Virus record (IMG/VR): IMGVR_UViG_3300032163_000016
Location: 1-58,494 of that record
Length of the DNA stretch: 58,494 nt
Source of the DNA: a virus
Lineage: Duplodnaviria > Caudoviricetes
Reading direction: 5' to 3' (one strand)
Shown: positions 37,017-47,496 of the stretch, in pieces
Numbering within the stretch: the first letter of the stretch is position 1
Layout: every line of letters begins with the position of its first letter
Notes under the pieces: model-generated
What the model saw: only the letters and a program-made list of their open reading frames with translations
What the model was told of the DNA's origin: nothing
Databases searched by the model: none
Made by a program: the position numbers and the translations under genes

Positions 37017-37218
37017 TGTTAAGTTGCATCAGAATTTGAAAAATCTCAAGGGCGAGTATTGATGATGGCCGTGTGAATACGTTAATTGTGTGTTAGGAGA
37101 AACCGTGGGGATTCTCCTACACCTCCTTGGCCCCGATTCGAGCGCTCGGTTGACCTGCAAAGGTTGCGGATCGGGGTTTTTGTTTTGTTGCGGCGCACAG
37201 TCGCCGAAGAAAGTAGTG

Positions 37219-37701
37219 ATGAAACAGAAAAAGCCAACAAAGGCTCACAGAGCCAGACCCAGAGGCAGACCGAAAGAGAATGTTGCCGACAAAGTAGACT
37301 TTGAGCGACTTGAGCGCCTGATGGCGATGGGGCTCACCGATGAGCAACTGGCGGGTGTTCTCCAAGTTGATCGAAGTACGGTGTCTCGATGGAAATATGA
37401 CCCCGAATTTTTGAGACACCTAAAAAAAGGCAAGAGCCTTGCAAATGCGAAAGTTGAACGGAGTTTGTATGCGAGAGCCGTCGGTCTGAACGCGGAAGAA
37501 ATAACACTGATACGCAGACGAAACAAGCTCATCGTAAAGAAGATCGTCACGAAGTACTGGCCGCCCGATGTTGCAGCCTGCATGTCATGGCTCACAAACC
37601 GCGACAAAGATAATTGGAAACACAGATACGCACTTGAAGGCACACCCGAACATCCTATTCCTTTTAGGCTCGTTGCTGATCATGACTGCGACCGCGACTG
37701 A
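37219..37701 (+). CDS. terS: Terminase small subunit
   Basis: GRPK, HTH (GLTDEQLAGVLQVDRSTVSRWK), VERSLYARAVG and PPDVAACMSWLTNR; directly upstream of TerL. Confidence 0.85.
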   Translation: MKQKKPTKAHRARPRGRPKENVADKVDFERLERLMAMGLTDEQLAGVLQVDRSTVSRWKYDPEFLRHLKKGKSLANAKVERSLYARAVGLNAEEITLIRRRNKLIVKKIVTKYWPPDVAACMSWLTNRDKDNWKHRYALEGTPEHPIPFRLVADHDCDRD

Positions 37702-39220
37702 TCGGATTCCCGACTGGAAACTTGGTTGGAATCCGAAACAGTGGGAGTTATGGAAGCTGATTGACGAATCGCCCGCCACACTGATCGGTGAAGGTGGAAG
37801 CAGGGGTGGCTCGAAGTCCCACTCACTCAGGACAATGTGTCTGATGCGGCGCGTGAAGTATGACCGCACAGACGGGTTGATCTTCAGGCGCAAACTGAAG
37901 GATCTCACGGACAACCACATCATTCCATTGCTCAGGCAGTTCCCCAAACTCAGAAGATACTACAAGCAGCAAGACCGCAAGATTTACCTACCGAACGGGT
38001 CAATGATCACATTCGGTTACGGCGAGCATTACAGAGACATTCTGGACTACCGGGGTAAGGAGTACGCGGACGAGTTCATTGACGAGGCCACCCATTTGAC
38101 GGGCGAGGAGATTGAGGAGTTGAGGGGTGCCAACCGCTGCACGACAAATAACGAGATCCTATGCAAGATGATTTTGGCGATGAATCCCGGCGGACCGGGC
38201 CACGGATACATCAAGCGGATACTCGTTGATCGCAACTACCTGCCGAATGAAAACCCGAAGGACTTCGCATTCCTGCAGACGTACGGATGGGACAACGTGC
38301 GCCACGTTTTGCCTGCATTGCGGAAAGCCGGATACACGGCAAAGGACTATTATTCTTGGCCGGAGAAGCAGAGGTTCATCTGGTACGTCACAAGGAGCCA
38401 ATACGGGCGGAAACAGTATCAGTTACCGGAGGATAAGCGGAAGGCAGATCTGTTCGGCGATTGGAACATATTCGCTGGGCAGTTCTTCTCGATATTCAGG
38501 CATCACATTCACGTCCAGAAATCATTCCAACCGCCGGATGAGTGGAGAATGTTGGGCGCATTGGACTGGGGTCAGCGAGCCGTATTGGAGGTAGCGGCAC
38601 GGGCACCGCAGGGAATGATTGTGAATTTCGGCGAGGTGTACACCGAGCACGAAGCGGCAACACCGAGAGCAATCGCAATAGCGGACTTTCTGCTTGAGAA
38701 GAAGTTGTACCGTCTTGACATTCGGTACGACACAAACATGGACATCGACCTGAGCGAAGTCGGCTACGACAAAGTCCCAATCAAGACCGTAAAGCAAGTG
38801 CTCAAAGAGAAGATGGGTGACAAGGCTCCCATCCTAACGGTAGTTTCAAAGAAAACTGTTGACAATCGGCATTATCGGGAATTGTGCAACGACGTATTCA
38901 AGGAGTATCTGAACTGGCGGCTTGACACCCAGGGGGAGATAAGAGTGAAGCCGAAGTGGGTGGTCACTGAAGACTGCCCCATGTTGATACAGACATTGCC
39001 GGGGTTGCAGCATCCCAAAGTCAATCCAACCGGGCGCGATTTTGACCAGAAGATTGGAATTGCAGACCCATTTGATGCGGCGAAGATGGCATTGATGTCG
39101 TTGTTACCGCCGAGGGAGATTCCGAAGGAGAGGCCGAAGGAATGGTTTGAGGAGGTCTATCAGCATGTAGGGGCAGAAACCCCGGGCAGGGCCCCGTGGT
39201 GGGATCCTTGGAATGTATAA
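37682..39220 (+). CDS. terL: Terminase large subunit
   Basis: GGSRGGSKS (Walker A), FIDEAT (Walker B), MNPGGPGH, LDWG and DPFDA nuclease motifs. The start is uncertain (ORF open from 37568). Confidence 0.92.
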   Translation: MTATATDRIPDWKLGWNPKQWELWKLIDESPATLIGEGGSRGGSKSHSLRTMCLMRRVKYDRTDGLIFRRKLKDLTDNHIIPLLRQFPKLRRYYKQQDRKIYLPNGSMITFGYGEHYRDILDYRGKEYADEFIDEATHLTGEEIEELRGANRCTTNNEILCKMILAMNPGGPGHGYIKRILVDRNYLPNENPKDFAFLQTYGWDNVRHVLPALRKAGYTAKDYYSWPEKQRFIWYVTRSQYGRKQYQLPEDKRKADLFGDWNIFAGQFFSIFRHHIHVQKSFQPPDEWRMLGALDWGQRAVLEVAARAPQGMIVNFGEVYTEHEAATPRAIAIADFLLEKKLYRLDIRYDTNMDIDLSEVGYDKVPIKTVKQVLKEKMGDKAPILTVVSKKTVDNRHYRELCNDVFKEYLNWRLDTQGEIRVKPKWVVTEDCPMLIQTLPGLQHPKVNPTGRDFDQKIGIADPFDAAKMALMSLLPPREIPKERPKEWFEEVYQHVGAETPGRAPWWDPWNV

Positions 39221-39231
39221 TCAGGGGCAAT

Positions 39232-39567
39232 ATGGTCGAGACTGAACAAGAAAGGTGGATAAGGGAGTACGGCCCGAACGCCCCGTGGAAATCGAAAGAG
39301 GACAGTGGGCTTTACGAAGACCTCAGCGATCTCAACGCGGAGTCAGACGAATTTGGCATCATAAGCCAATTCCCAATGCATAGGCGGTATCATGGGAAAT
39401 CGAGGTACGCGGATGTATCGGTAAGGTTGGAAGGTTCGCAGAAATGCCAGGTATTCGGGCACGCGCTGATGGGATTGGAGCCGACTAGCAAATGCAGAGA
39501 ATGTAATAGGACGAGGGAAGACCTAGAGGCAACGGGCGTGATTTGGGATGGAATTAGACCGATATGA
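39232..39567 (+). CDS. Hypothetical protein
   Basis: ORF between TerL and the HNH gene; contains CREC. Confidence 0.5.
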   Translation: MVETEQERWIREYGPNAPWKSKEDSGLYEDLSDLNAESDEFGIISQFPMHRRYHGKSRYADVSVRLEGSQKCQVFGHALMGLEPTSKCRECNRTREDLEATGVIWDGIRPI

Positions 39568-40028
39568 GAGAGATTCCGCTTTCACGGGATATGGTCGCAT
39601 TGGTTGACGACGAGGACTACGCGGATTTGTCGCAATTCAAATGGCATGCCAACAAGGATGGTAATAGGTTTTATGTCCAACGCACTATGCGTCGCGGTGG
39701 TAAATGGTGGGCAGAACCCATGCACCGTCGTATCCTGAATGCCAAGCGGGGCGAAAAAGTCGATCACGTCAATCATAACGGTCTGGATTGCCAAAGAGAG
39801 AACATTAGAATCTGCACGGATAGTCAGAATCAGGGGAACCGAAAGAAAAACATCAACGGTTCAAGTCGTTTTAAGGGTGTTAATTGGCACAAACGGTACA
39901 AGGTATGGCAAGCGAGGATTCAAGGACGGTATCTTGGCTGCTTTACGGATGAGGAACTTGCCGCCCGCGCTTACGATGCAGCGGCTAAAAAGCTGTTCGG
40001 TGAATTTGCGTTGGTGAATTTTCAATGA
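39564..40028 (+). CDS. HNH-AP2 homing endonuclease
   Basis: VDDEDY, MHRRIL, DHVNHNGLDCQRENIR, SSRFKGV and AARAYDAAA. Confidence 0.92.
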   Translation: MREIPLSRDMVALVDDEDYADLSQFKWHANKDGNRFYVQRTMRRGGKWWAEPMHRRILNAKRGEKVDHVNHNGLDCQRENIRICTDSQNQGNRKKNINGSSRFKGVNWHKRYKVWQARIQGRYLGCFTDEELAARAYDAAAKKLFGEFALVNFQ

Positions 40029-42160
40029 TCAAAATTCCCAACCTAGAAGACCCAGGAGAGAAGAAAGTATTTGATGAACTCATCGAAAGGTGGGTCAACG
40101 ACGATGATGCCGTTCATTCAAAGTACGTCGCCGAATGGGACAACATTGATGATCGTCTGCGGAGCGACATTGTGGTATCGGGATTCACGCAGAAGTACAC
40201 AGATAACCTTGCCGACCGCAACAGCCCGAAGACGGCAGATGAAGCAAAGAGGGAAAAATGGTTCGTCCCGCTGAACCGAGCGGCGCCTAATCACGAGGCA
40301 GTCCTAGGAGATTTCTTGAGCCTACGGCGGAAGTTACTGATTCAAGGCCGCACACCGAAAGACAGGAAGTTGGCTAGGATCTTCAAAGCCCGGATCGAAT
40401 ACATCGAAGACTCCGAAATGTTGCCAGAGATGGTGTATTTCCCGCTGATGGACAATGCGTTCGCCAAGGGTTTGCACTGGATCAAGTGCCGATACAATCC
40501 ACAGAAGCGGAACCTCAAGGGCAAGTTTGAGATCAGCACCGTCAACTGCCGAGATGTCCTAGTGGACTGCCGTACCCGGGGGCCGTTCTTTGAAACAAAG
40601 CGCCGGTTCATTCATCGCTTCCAGTTGCCGATTGACGAGGCCAAAGAAAAGTTCAAAGTCTTTCCGACATTCGTGCCAGAGAGTTTAGGTTCAGACACGG
40701 ATTACGACAAGGCGTATGCGCGGACGGAGTACTCCTCAGATGAGATGGCGACATTCTACGAGGTGCATTTCCAGCAGACGCAGATACATTTCTACGGATT
40801 GAATCCAGCGACTGGTGAGGCCGAGGAAATCTCTGAACAAGATTACGAGCAGCAACTTGCCAATCCAGTGACGGCGAAGATGGCATTCGAGGGGGATGAG
40901 GAAACCAAGTATTACGCGGCAGTCTACAATCGGCACACGGGAACATTCGCCGTTCAAGACAACCCGTTTGGGATGGATGTCCTGATTCCGTTGGTGAACA
41001 TCGAGCGCGACGGGCGGCTCTATCCCATAGGGGACGTGGCCCTATATGCGAACCTTCTGGACCTCTTAGACGTATTGGTGACGATTCTCGTCGATAATAT
41101 GAAGCGGCAAAACAAGCCGATTGGTTTTGGAGACGAGAGGGATTTAGCCGAGTATCAGGCGCAGATTGAGACGGCACTCGAGAAAGGTGGGTACGCCCCG
41201 GGTTTGAAGGGTGTAACTTGGCCGCAAGGAATGAATGTGGCATTGATGCAACTCATTCCCTGGGTACTAGGATGGATTCAAGACACGACGAGCAAGCACG
41301 CGGTTTCGATGGGAGAATTGCCGTCGAAGCAGATCGCGAAAGAAACGGTTGAGACCCTAATCGCGAAGGACCGCCAAGCGCACGGTCGGAAAGATGTAAC
41401 GATTGCCTACACCTTGACAATGCTGGCGAAGTTAATGGTGAAGATGATCTCGATATTCGAGACGGAGCCCGATTGGTTCCCGCTCTTGGATGCGAAGCCG
41501 GGAACCCCTGAATACATTCCTGTCAATCAGCGGTGGACGGAGATTGAATACCTAGCCAAGTTACAAGAGATGTATGAAATCCCGACGGCACAAACGGAGG
41601 AGGAGAGTATCGCTTTCGCTCAGAAGATGAGGGAAATCAGGAAGCGGTTTGAGGACGAGAACGACATCGACACCGGGATGACAGAGGGTTATGTGATCCA
41701 ATCGTTGCCGCAGGGTGCCCAGGAGTTCACAGCCGAACAACTGCAGCAGTTTATCGCAAACAGCGGCTTGACCGAGGAAGAAGTATTCTTGAGGTATCAG
41801 CCAGTTGAGGCACCCATCAAAGTCTATCTCGTGAACCAGTTGTCGAAGGACGTGGACCTAGACCTGCGTTATTCGATTGACACCGATTGGCAGAACGACC
41901 CGAAGTTCAAGGCGAACCGAGCTTTCTTACTAAATTCAAAGCAGATGATGAGTCGGTTGGATACATTGCGGGAACTAGGACTTCCGAACCCCGAAGAATT
42001 GATTGAGAATGCCGACAATGAGAACCAAGCGATTCAGTTAGCGAAGCAGATAGTAAGTAACCCACAGTTGCAGGCAGCACTAAGGACTGTATTGCAGGCG
42101 CAGCAGCAACAGAAGGGTGCACCAGCTCAGAAACCACCCGAGGCACAGGAAAATAGATGA
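40025..42160 (+). CDS. Portal protein
   Basis: 711 aa, after the terminase; helical with a Gln-rich C-terminus, typical of podoviral portals. Confidence 0.75.
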   Translation: MIKIPNLEDPGEKKVFDELIERWVNDDDAVHSKYVAEWDNIDDRLRSDIVVSGFTQKYTDNLADRNSPKTADEAKREKWFVPLNRAAPNHEAVLGDFLSLRRKLLIQGRTPKDRKLARIFKARIEYIEDSEMLPEMVYFPLMDNAFAKGLHWIKCRYNPQKRNLKGKFEISTVNCRDVLVDCRTRGPFFETKRRFIHRFQLPIDEAKEKFKVFPTFVPESLGSDTDYDKAYARTEYSSDEMATFYEVHFQQTQIHFYGLNPATGEAEEISEQDYEQQLANPVTAKMAFEGDEETKYYAAVYNRHTGTFAVQDNPFGMDVLIPLVNIERDGRLYPIGDVALYANLLDLLDVLVTILVDNMKRQNKPIGFGDERDLAEYQAQIETALEKGGYAPGLKGVTWPQGMNVALMQLIPWVLGWIQDTTSKHAVSMGELPSKQIAKETVETLIAKDRQAHGRKDVTIAYTLTMLAKLMVKMISIFETEPDWFPLLDAKPGTPEYIPVNQRWTEIEYLAKLQEMYEIPTAQTEEESIAFAQKMREIRKRFEDENDIDTGMTEGYVIQSLPQGAQEFTAEQLQQFIANSGLTEEEVFLRYQPVEAPIKVYLVNQLSKDVDLDLRYSIDTDWQNDPKFKANRAFLLNSKQMMSRLDTLRELGLPNPEELIENADNENQAIQLAKQIVSNPQLQAALRTVLQAQQQQKGAPAQKPPEAQENR

Positions 42161-42615
42161 GCGAACTTATCAGAGGTGGCAATGGGAACGGTGGGGAATT
42201 GGCGATTGTGAAGAGCAAGACACCGATCCTGCCAATACGGGATTTTGAAGACATTCTCATTCAATTGCACACCAACCCGAGTTGTAAGAACTGTTACGGG
42301 CGGGGCTACCTGAGTGTGAGTGCGAACCTTCAAGGTGGAAAGACACTAAACCTCTGCGGATGCGCCTGGTTTGGAGAGACCGAGTTACTGAAGGTAATGC
42401 GCGCGATGAGCATAATCTCCGAGCAACTTGCCGGAATGAACGGTGCCATTATTGAGACATTGCAGAGGGTGGAGAAGGCAGTCCGAGCTAGCGAGGAGCG
42501 GATAGCGGTTATGGAAGAGCATTTGAGGCCGAAGCCAAGACTGGCTGAAAAACTCGAATCTTGGTGGAAGAAGATGAAACCAAAGGAGGCGGCAAGTGAG
42601 ACCAAAACTAGTTGA
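42157..42615 (+). CDS. Hypothetical protein with Zn-ribbon and coiled coil
   Basis: CKNCYGRG...LCGC. Confidence 0.6.
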   Translation: MSELIRGGNGNGGELAIVKSKTPILPIRDFEDILIQLHTNPSCKNCYGRGYLSVSANLQGGKTLNLCGCAWFGETELLKVMRAMSIISEQLAGMNGAIIETLQRVEKAVRASEERIAVMEEHLRPKPRLAEKLESWWKKMKPKEAASETKTS

Positions 42616-42895
42616 CGTCGGTGAAATACCAAGTGGTCCATCGAAAGAAGCGGTAGTTCAACAGAAATGGTATCAGAGCGTCACGGTTGACGCAGACGAC
42701 TTCCCAATACTCGCGGACAAAGAAGTAGGCGACGAGTTGGCGATCATAGCAATTATTCGGAAAATAGGGGAGAGCGAAGACGAGCAGGACGGGAAAGCAA
42801 TCCGACGGTTGCGGCTTCAGATTCGCAAGGTGGGCGAAGTCGCGAAGGAAGAGCGGGACATTCTCAAGGACATGGGCTATCGAGCCAGGGGGTAA
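42596..42895 (+). CDS. Hypothetical (head-associated?) protein
   Basis: AGGAGG SD; position in the head module. Confidence 0.55.
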   Translation: MRPKLVDVGEIPSGPSKEAVVQQKWYQSVTVDADDFPILADKEVGDELAIIAIIRKIGESEDEQDGKAIRRLRLQIRKVGEVAKEERDILKDMGYRARG

Positions 42896-42903
42896 GGAAA
42901 ACC

Positions 42904-43167
42904 ATGGGAAGAAACTTTCTACTGCCGGACGAGTCAGAATCGGTCTTGCGAGAACTCGGATATGAGCAAGACAAAGAAACGATGAAGTGGAGGCATCCGC
43001 AGCTTCCGTTTGAAGTCTATAACAAGAACGGGACACTAGAACTTTGGGTGAACGCAGAATATGACCTTCTTGAGAACCTTTGGATTGCTTGCAACAGAGA
43101 GAACCTTGAAGGATTGACGAACGCGTTTCTTTATCTCAAGAGGAAGATCGAAGTGTACGCAGTGTGA
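42904..43167 (+). CDS. Hypothetical protein
   Basis: AAGG SD; 87 aa. Confidence 0.55.
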   Translation: MGRNFLLPDESESVLRELGYEQDKETMKWRHPQLPFEVYNKNGTLELWVNAEYDLLENLWIACNRENLEGLTNAFLYLKRKIEVYAV

Positions 43168-43206
43168 GGTTGGACGAAAATCACCAACGAAGAAAAGGCT
43201 AAACGT

Positions 43207-43494
43207 ATGCCAAAATGTGGAAAGAAGCACACGCCGATCACCAGCGAAAAGCAGAGGGGACTTTTTGGTGCGGAGCTAGCGCGCAGACGAGCGGGGAAGG
43301 AATCAAGGATCCCGAGCATCACGACAGCGGAATTGGAGTCGCACCTGCATGAATCCGCCGGAAAGGATCTACCGAAGAAGGCCGTGAAGAAAGTTCATCA
43401 CAGCCCAGAGGTAACGCAGGTAGATTGCTCAAAACTGCGCCAGGACAAGCAGATCGACGTAATAGGCGGTGTGCCGAAGCCGGTGAAGTGGTGA
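43207..43494 (+). CDS. Small basic conserved phage protein
   Basis: SEKQRGLFGAELARRRAGK...LPKK. Confidence 0.6.
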   Translation: MPKCGKKHTPITSEKQRGLFGAELARRRAGKESRIPSITTAELESHLHESAGKDLPKKAVKKVHHSPEVTQVDCSKLRQDKQIDVIGGVPKPVKW

Positions 43495-43841
43495 AGGTTG
43501 TCAAATTCGTCGGTAAGGTTCTGATCGGTATTGCGTGGTGGTTCTTATGGATGGTACTCGCAAACCAGGGTATTTGAAGCGCGTCCTCATCAGGATTTGC
43601 GATTTGCTGCTTGAATTGGCAATGGAAAGTTCCAGACCATAATGCAATGCACAGAAGAAGACTACAAAAAAGCCAAATGACTCAAACCCAATATCGGTAT
43701 TTCACACTTTGCTGGCCGCAAACGGCGGCAAAGAATCTGGCTCGGTGGAGGAGATTCCGAAAGGCATTGACCGCCGCGATCGCCAAGGGAACCGACTGTC
43801 CAATAACCGACGCGTTGATAAATATGTAACAAGGAGGTCTT

Positions 43842-44102
43842 ATGGAATTGCGATTCATCTCTGACGCAGTTCGTATTCTAATGGATCAGCCACAGATTCA
43901 CACAGTAACGGTGTTTTGCTCGCCGTTGTCGGACGTAAAGGAAAGAGTGAGGGTAACTCGCATCGGCAAACGCAATCTTGATTTTCGTGTGAAGATCGGC
44001 AAACCAAACTATGCGGAGCGAGAATTCTTGAAGTTGTGCAAAGAGGCGAAGACGGCACCGAAAAAGTTCTGGCTGAAGCCGTATCCGAAGAAGCGAAAGT
44101 AA
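43842..44102 (+). CDS. Hypothetical protein
   Basis: AGGAGG SD; basic, 86 aa. Confidence 0.65.
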   Translation: MELRFISDAVRILMDQPQIHTVTVFCSPLSDVKERVRVTRIGKRNLDFRVKIGKPNYAEREFLKLCKEAKTAPKKFWLKPYPKKRK

Positions 44103-44251
44103 TGACCTCTCTCAAACTCGAACGATTGATTGAAAAGTTGCGGGAAAAGCTGGAAGCGCAGGCAATTCCAGATGACATAACCGGTCAGATAATTATCAAT
44201 CTTCAATCCGGGGGATTGTCGGGCAAGATAACGGTAAAGCAAGATATGTAA
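44102..44251 (+). CDS. Small DUF2292-like protein
   Basis: TAATG coupling; TGQIIINLQSGG motif. Confidence 0.5.
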   Translation: MTSLKLERLIEKLREKLEAQAIPDDITGQIIINLQSGGLSGKITVKQDM

Positions 44252-44266
44252 CGGCACGGGCATCAA

Positions 44267-44737
44267 ATGAAAGAAATCCCGCTATCAAAAGGGTTGTTTG
44301 CGATTGTGGACGATGAGGATTACGCGGGGTTGATGAAGGTTAAATGGTACGTTATGGCTGGGAAATGCTATGCTGGACGCCACATTAAACGGGCTGGCAA
44401 ACAGACGACCGAATACATGCACCGACGCATCTTGCAGGCCCAACTGGGAGAAGAAATTGACCATGTAAATCACAATGGTCTTGACAATCGCAGAGGGAAT
44501 ATTAGAGTTTGTACACGATCTCAAAACCATGGGAACACAAAGAAATTTAGGGGATCAAGCAATTTCAAGGGTGTTCACTGGAATAAAGACAGGCACTCTT
44601 GGCACGCGCAGATTCGATACAAGGGAAAGCAAATCTTCCTCGGACGGTTTACGGACGGTGAAAGCGCCGCTCGCGCCTATGATGAGGCAGCGAGACAATA
44701 CTTTGGTGAATTCGCAGAACTGAATTTCCGAAATTAA
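44267..44737 (+). CDS. HNH-AP2 homing endonuclease (paralogue of 39564..40028)
   Basis: VDDEDY, MHRRIL, DHVNHNGLDNRRGNIR, FKGV and AARAYDEAA. Confidence 0.92.
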   Translation: MKEIPLSKGLFAIVDDEDYAGLMKVKWYVMAGKCYAGRHIKRAGKQTTEYMHRRILQAQLGEEIDHVNHNGLDNRRGNIRVCTRSQNHGNTKKFRGSSNFKGVHWNKDRHSWHAQIRYKGKQIFLGRFTDGESAARAYDEAARQYFGEFAELNFRN

Positions 44738-44780
44738 ATATCAGGCTTACGTTCTGAAGCTCTAAGAGTTTATCACAACG

Positions 44781-44831
44781 AGCCGTGATTGGATGAAGGT
44801 ACAGGCCTTCTCCGGTCACGGCTATTTTTTT
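44781..44831 (+). terminator. Intrinsic terminator/attenuator-like hairpin upstream of the scaffold gene
   Basis: AGCCGTGATTGGA / TCCGGTCACGGCT stem followed by a T-run. Confidence 0.7.
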
Positions 44832-44871
44832 ACACCAGCGGAATCGCACAAGCGATTTAGGAGATAGGAAA

Positions 44872-46203
44872 ATGGCAGACGATGTAAGGGACAAGGGCAC
44901 AGACCCAGAGGATCTCAGAACAGACATTCTCGACGATGCAATAGCACTTCTTGGCACAGACGCAGGCCAGGGCGGACTAGCGAAGCCAGCCGACATCATC
45001 GCGCAGGAGGAAGCGGCGGTAAGGGCGGCAGCCAAAGCCGAAGCGGAACAACCGGCACAAGGGGCAGAGAAGAAAGACGAAGGGGAGCAGGCCGTCACCG
45101 TCCAAGGCATTGACATCGAGATCTTGAAGGCAAAACTCGAAAAGGGCGAAGAACTCACGGAAGAGGAGAAGAAAGCCCTGCAGGTCATCGAGACGGAGGT
45201 GGAAAAACCGGAGAAGCCAGCGAAGCCCACGAAGACGTACACAATCGCTGGAAAGACGGTGAGTTTCGAGGAGATGGAGAAGAAGTGGCGGGAGGAGACA
45301 GGACTTGGGGAGCTGGATGTCTCAGCAGATGCGCTTGAGAAGAGTGTGGACATCTACGTCAAAGCGCAGAACCGTGAGGCCGCCCAAGTCGCTCTTGCTG
45401 AGAGGCAAAAGCAGGTAGCAGTAGAGGTCAAGGAAGTCGAGGGGAGGAAACAGGAATTAACTCTTATCCAACAGCGGCTTGACCTTGAGCGCTCCCGCAT
45501 TCAGATGGAGAAATCCCGCATTGGCAAGATGAAGCAAAGGCTCATTGAAAAGGCCAACGCACCAGTCACGAAACAAGATTTGGAACCGGCAGACCCAACG
45601 GAAAGGGTGGACCCGGACAAGCAATTCCAATACAGCGAAAAACTCCGCGCACAAGCGCAGTTGCAGGAGGTTGAGGAACAAGAAGCCGAGATGGTGCAGA
45701 TGGAAAGAAACATCAATGCCCAACGGCTTTACACTGAGCTCACTCAGTTACAACTCGCGCACTCGCAATACCAGACCAAAGAGGATATTCGGGTGCTTGC
45801 GAAGAAACATAGTGAGGGTCAAGCACTTCCCGCCGAGGATGAGATAAAATTCCTAGCACTCACCACGATGGGGAATGAAGCAATCACACACGGATTGCGG
45901 CTTGACCAGGTCTACGCCTTACGTAAGGCGGAAGGCCGAACATTGCCAGAAGCGGCTGCACGGACACCGCAGAGGCCCGCGCTAGGGACTGAGAAGAAAC
46001 CCGAAACATTGGCGGCGAAGATCGAAGAGTACAAGCGAAGACTCGCCAAGAATCCTAAGTTGGCCGGTGGCTCCGGCGGCGGACAACGCGGCACTGCCGA
46101 GAAGTCCTCCGCTAGAAAAATGATCGAAGGAGACAGGTTCCTTATGGACGAAGACCCAGGCGATTTCGGAAGGAAAGGATGGTTCGAGTCTCCCCGCCGA
46201 TAA
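44872..46203 (+). CDS. Capsid scaffolding protein
   Basis: Acidic coiled coil immediately upstream of the capsid gene. Confidence 0.7.
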   Translation: MADDVRDKGTDPEDLRTDILDDAIALLGTDAGQGGLAKPADIIAQEEAAVRAAAKAEAEQPAQGAEKKDEGEQAVTVQGIDIEILKAKLEKGEELTEEEKKALQVIETEVEKPEKPAKPTKTYTIAGKTVSFEEMEKKWREETGLGELDVSADALEKSVDIYVKAQNREAAQVALAERQKQVAVEVKEVEGRKQELTLIQQRLDLERSRIQMEKSRIGKMKQRLIEKANAPVTKQDLEPADPTERVDPDKQFQYSEKLRAQAQLQEVEEQEAEMVQMERNINAQRLYTELTQLQLAHSQYQTKEDIRVLAKKHSEGQALPAEDEIKFLALTTMGNEAITHGLRLDQVYALRKAEGRTLPEAAARTPQRPALGTEKKPETLAAKIEEYKRRLAKNPKLAGGSGGGQRGTAEKSSARKMIEGDRFLMDEDPGDFGRKGWFESPRR

Positions 46204-46230
46204 CAAATTTGAAAGGCAGGATTTAGAACT

Positions 46231-47415
46231 ATGGCAGCAACACTAGATAATCCAGAACTGCCAGTAAAGTATCGGGACACCCCGATTTCGTCTGTCTATG
46301 GGACGACGATCAACATTGATTTCAGTGCTGATCTCACTCTAGACCACGAGTCGGAGGTTCCACTTCTGACGCTTCTGGGAAAACTCAAAACCGCAAAGAC
46401 GGCGACGCATCAATTCAAGTTTGCGGTGGGCCGATTTGCGCCGCGCACATCGATGACGACCGCTGAGGTAGCAGCTACCGCAGTAGGCACGTCGGCGACG
46501 GTACCGGTAGCCGATGGTACGGTGTTCAATGTGAGCGATGTCGTTGAGGTTCCAGATGTCAACGACGATGCAACGCACACAAGCCAACTCCTTATCACGG
46601 GGATTACAACCAACGATCTCACATGCCGACCGTACAAGCCCGCAACGTACGGTGTTTCGGCAATCGCAACCGGGGCAACAGTCCGCAAGATTTTCTCCGC
46701 GATGATAGAAGCTTCGAGCGGCAGGTGGTCTCATCAAACCGTGCCAACGGTCTACGACCAGTATATCCAGATTTTCGAGGATTACTTCGACGTGACCAAC
46801 GTTCAGGCCGAGAATCGACAGTACACCCAGCCTGAGCGATCGCGGTTGCGTGAGGAATGCCGCAAGAAACACGCACTCGACCAAGAGTACGCGTTGTATC
46901 TCGCGAAGAAAGTCCAGGACACCTCGACGACCGGGAAGCCCCGGTATCAGATGGATGGACTCGACGCACAGACGATTTCCTGGGTGCTCACCTACGGTGA
47001 CAACCTGCTGGAAACGAACCTGTTCGATTTCATCCGAAAGGTTCACAACCCAGCATACACAGGCGGGAACAAGCGACTTGTTGTATCAAGCTTGGAGTTG
47101 ATCTCTCGAGTCAACAAGCTCATCACGGAGAGGATGCGCGCGACCCCGCGCGACACGACTTGGGGACCGGGCGTCACCGACATTCAATTCGGTGACAAAG
47201 TCTGGTCATTCGTTGAGGCTCCCGTGCTTTCAGCTGCAAGGACGGGTTACGGGTATGTTGTGCACCCGATGTTCTTGCGGAAGCGAGTATTCATACCGAC
47301 AACGTACAGGATGAACGTCCAGAACCCAGTCGACAACTTCTTCAAGGACGGTTTCATCACGGCAATGGCCCTTGAACAACGGCTCGAGGAAGTAGCTGGG
47401 AAGATCAAGCCCTAA
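46231..47415 (+). CDS. Major capsid protein (with inserted beta domain)
   Basis: PLLTLLGK, YIQIFEDYFDVT, KHALDQEYAL and RYQMDGL, resembling SU10/DUF5309-type HK97-fold MCPs. Confidence 0.8.
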   Translation: MAATLDNPELPVKYRDTPISSVYGTTINIDFSADLTLDHESEVPLLTLLGKLKTAKTATHQFKFAVGRFAPRTSMTTAEVAATAVGTSATVPVADGTVFNVSDVVEVPDVNDDATHTSQLLITGITTNDLTCRPYKPATYGVSAIATGATVRKIFSAMIEASSGRWSHQTVPTVYDQYIQIFEDYFDVTNVQAENRQYTQPERSRLREECRKKHALDQEYALYLAKKVQDTSTTGKPRYQMDGLDAQTISWVLTYGDNLLETNLFDFIRKVHNPAYTGGNKRLVVSSLELISRVNKLITERMRATPRDTTWGPGVTDIQFGDKVWSFVEAPVLSAARTGYGYVVHPMFLRKRVFIPTTYRMNVQNPVDNFFKDGFITAMALEQRLEEVAGKIKP

Positions 47416-47496
47416 GATGGAAACGCAGTAGAACGAAAACCCTAACCACAGCCCTGCTAGTCTCGTAAAGCGGGACTGGCAAGAAAGGATACTCAC

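Noticed and set aside
44649-45353. 234-aa minus-strand ORF and similar antisense ORFs over the large genes
   Set aside because: These are Ser/Phe-rich shadows of Glu/Lys-rich plus-strand genes with no independent evidence.
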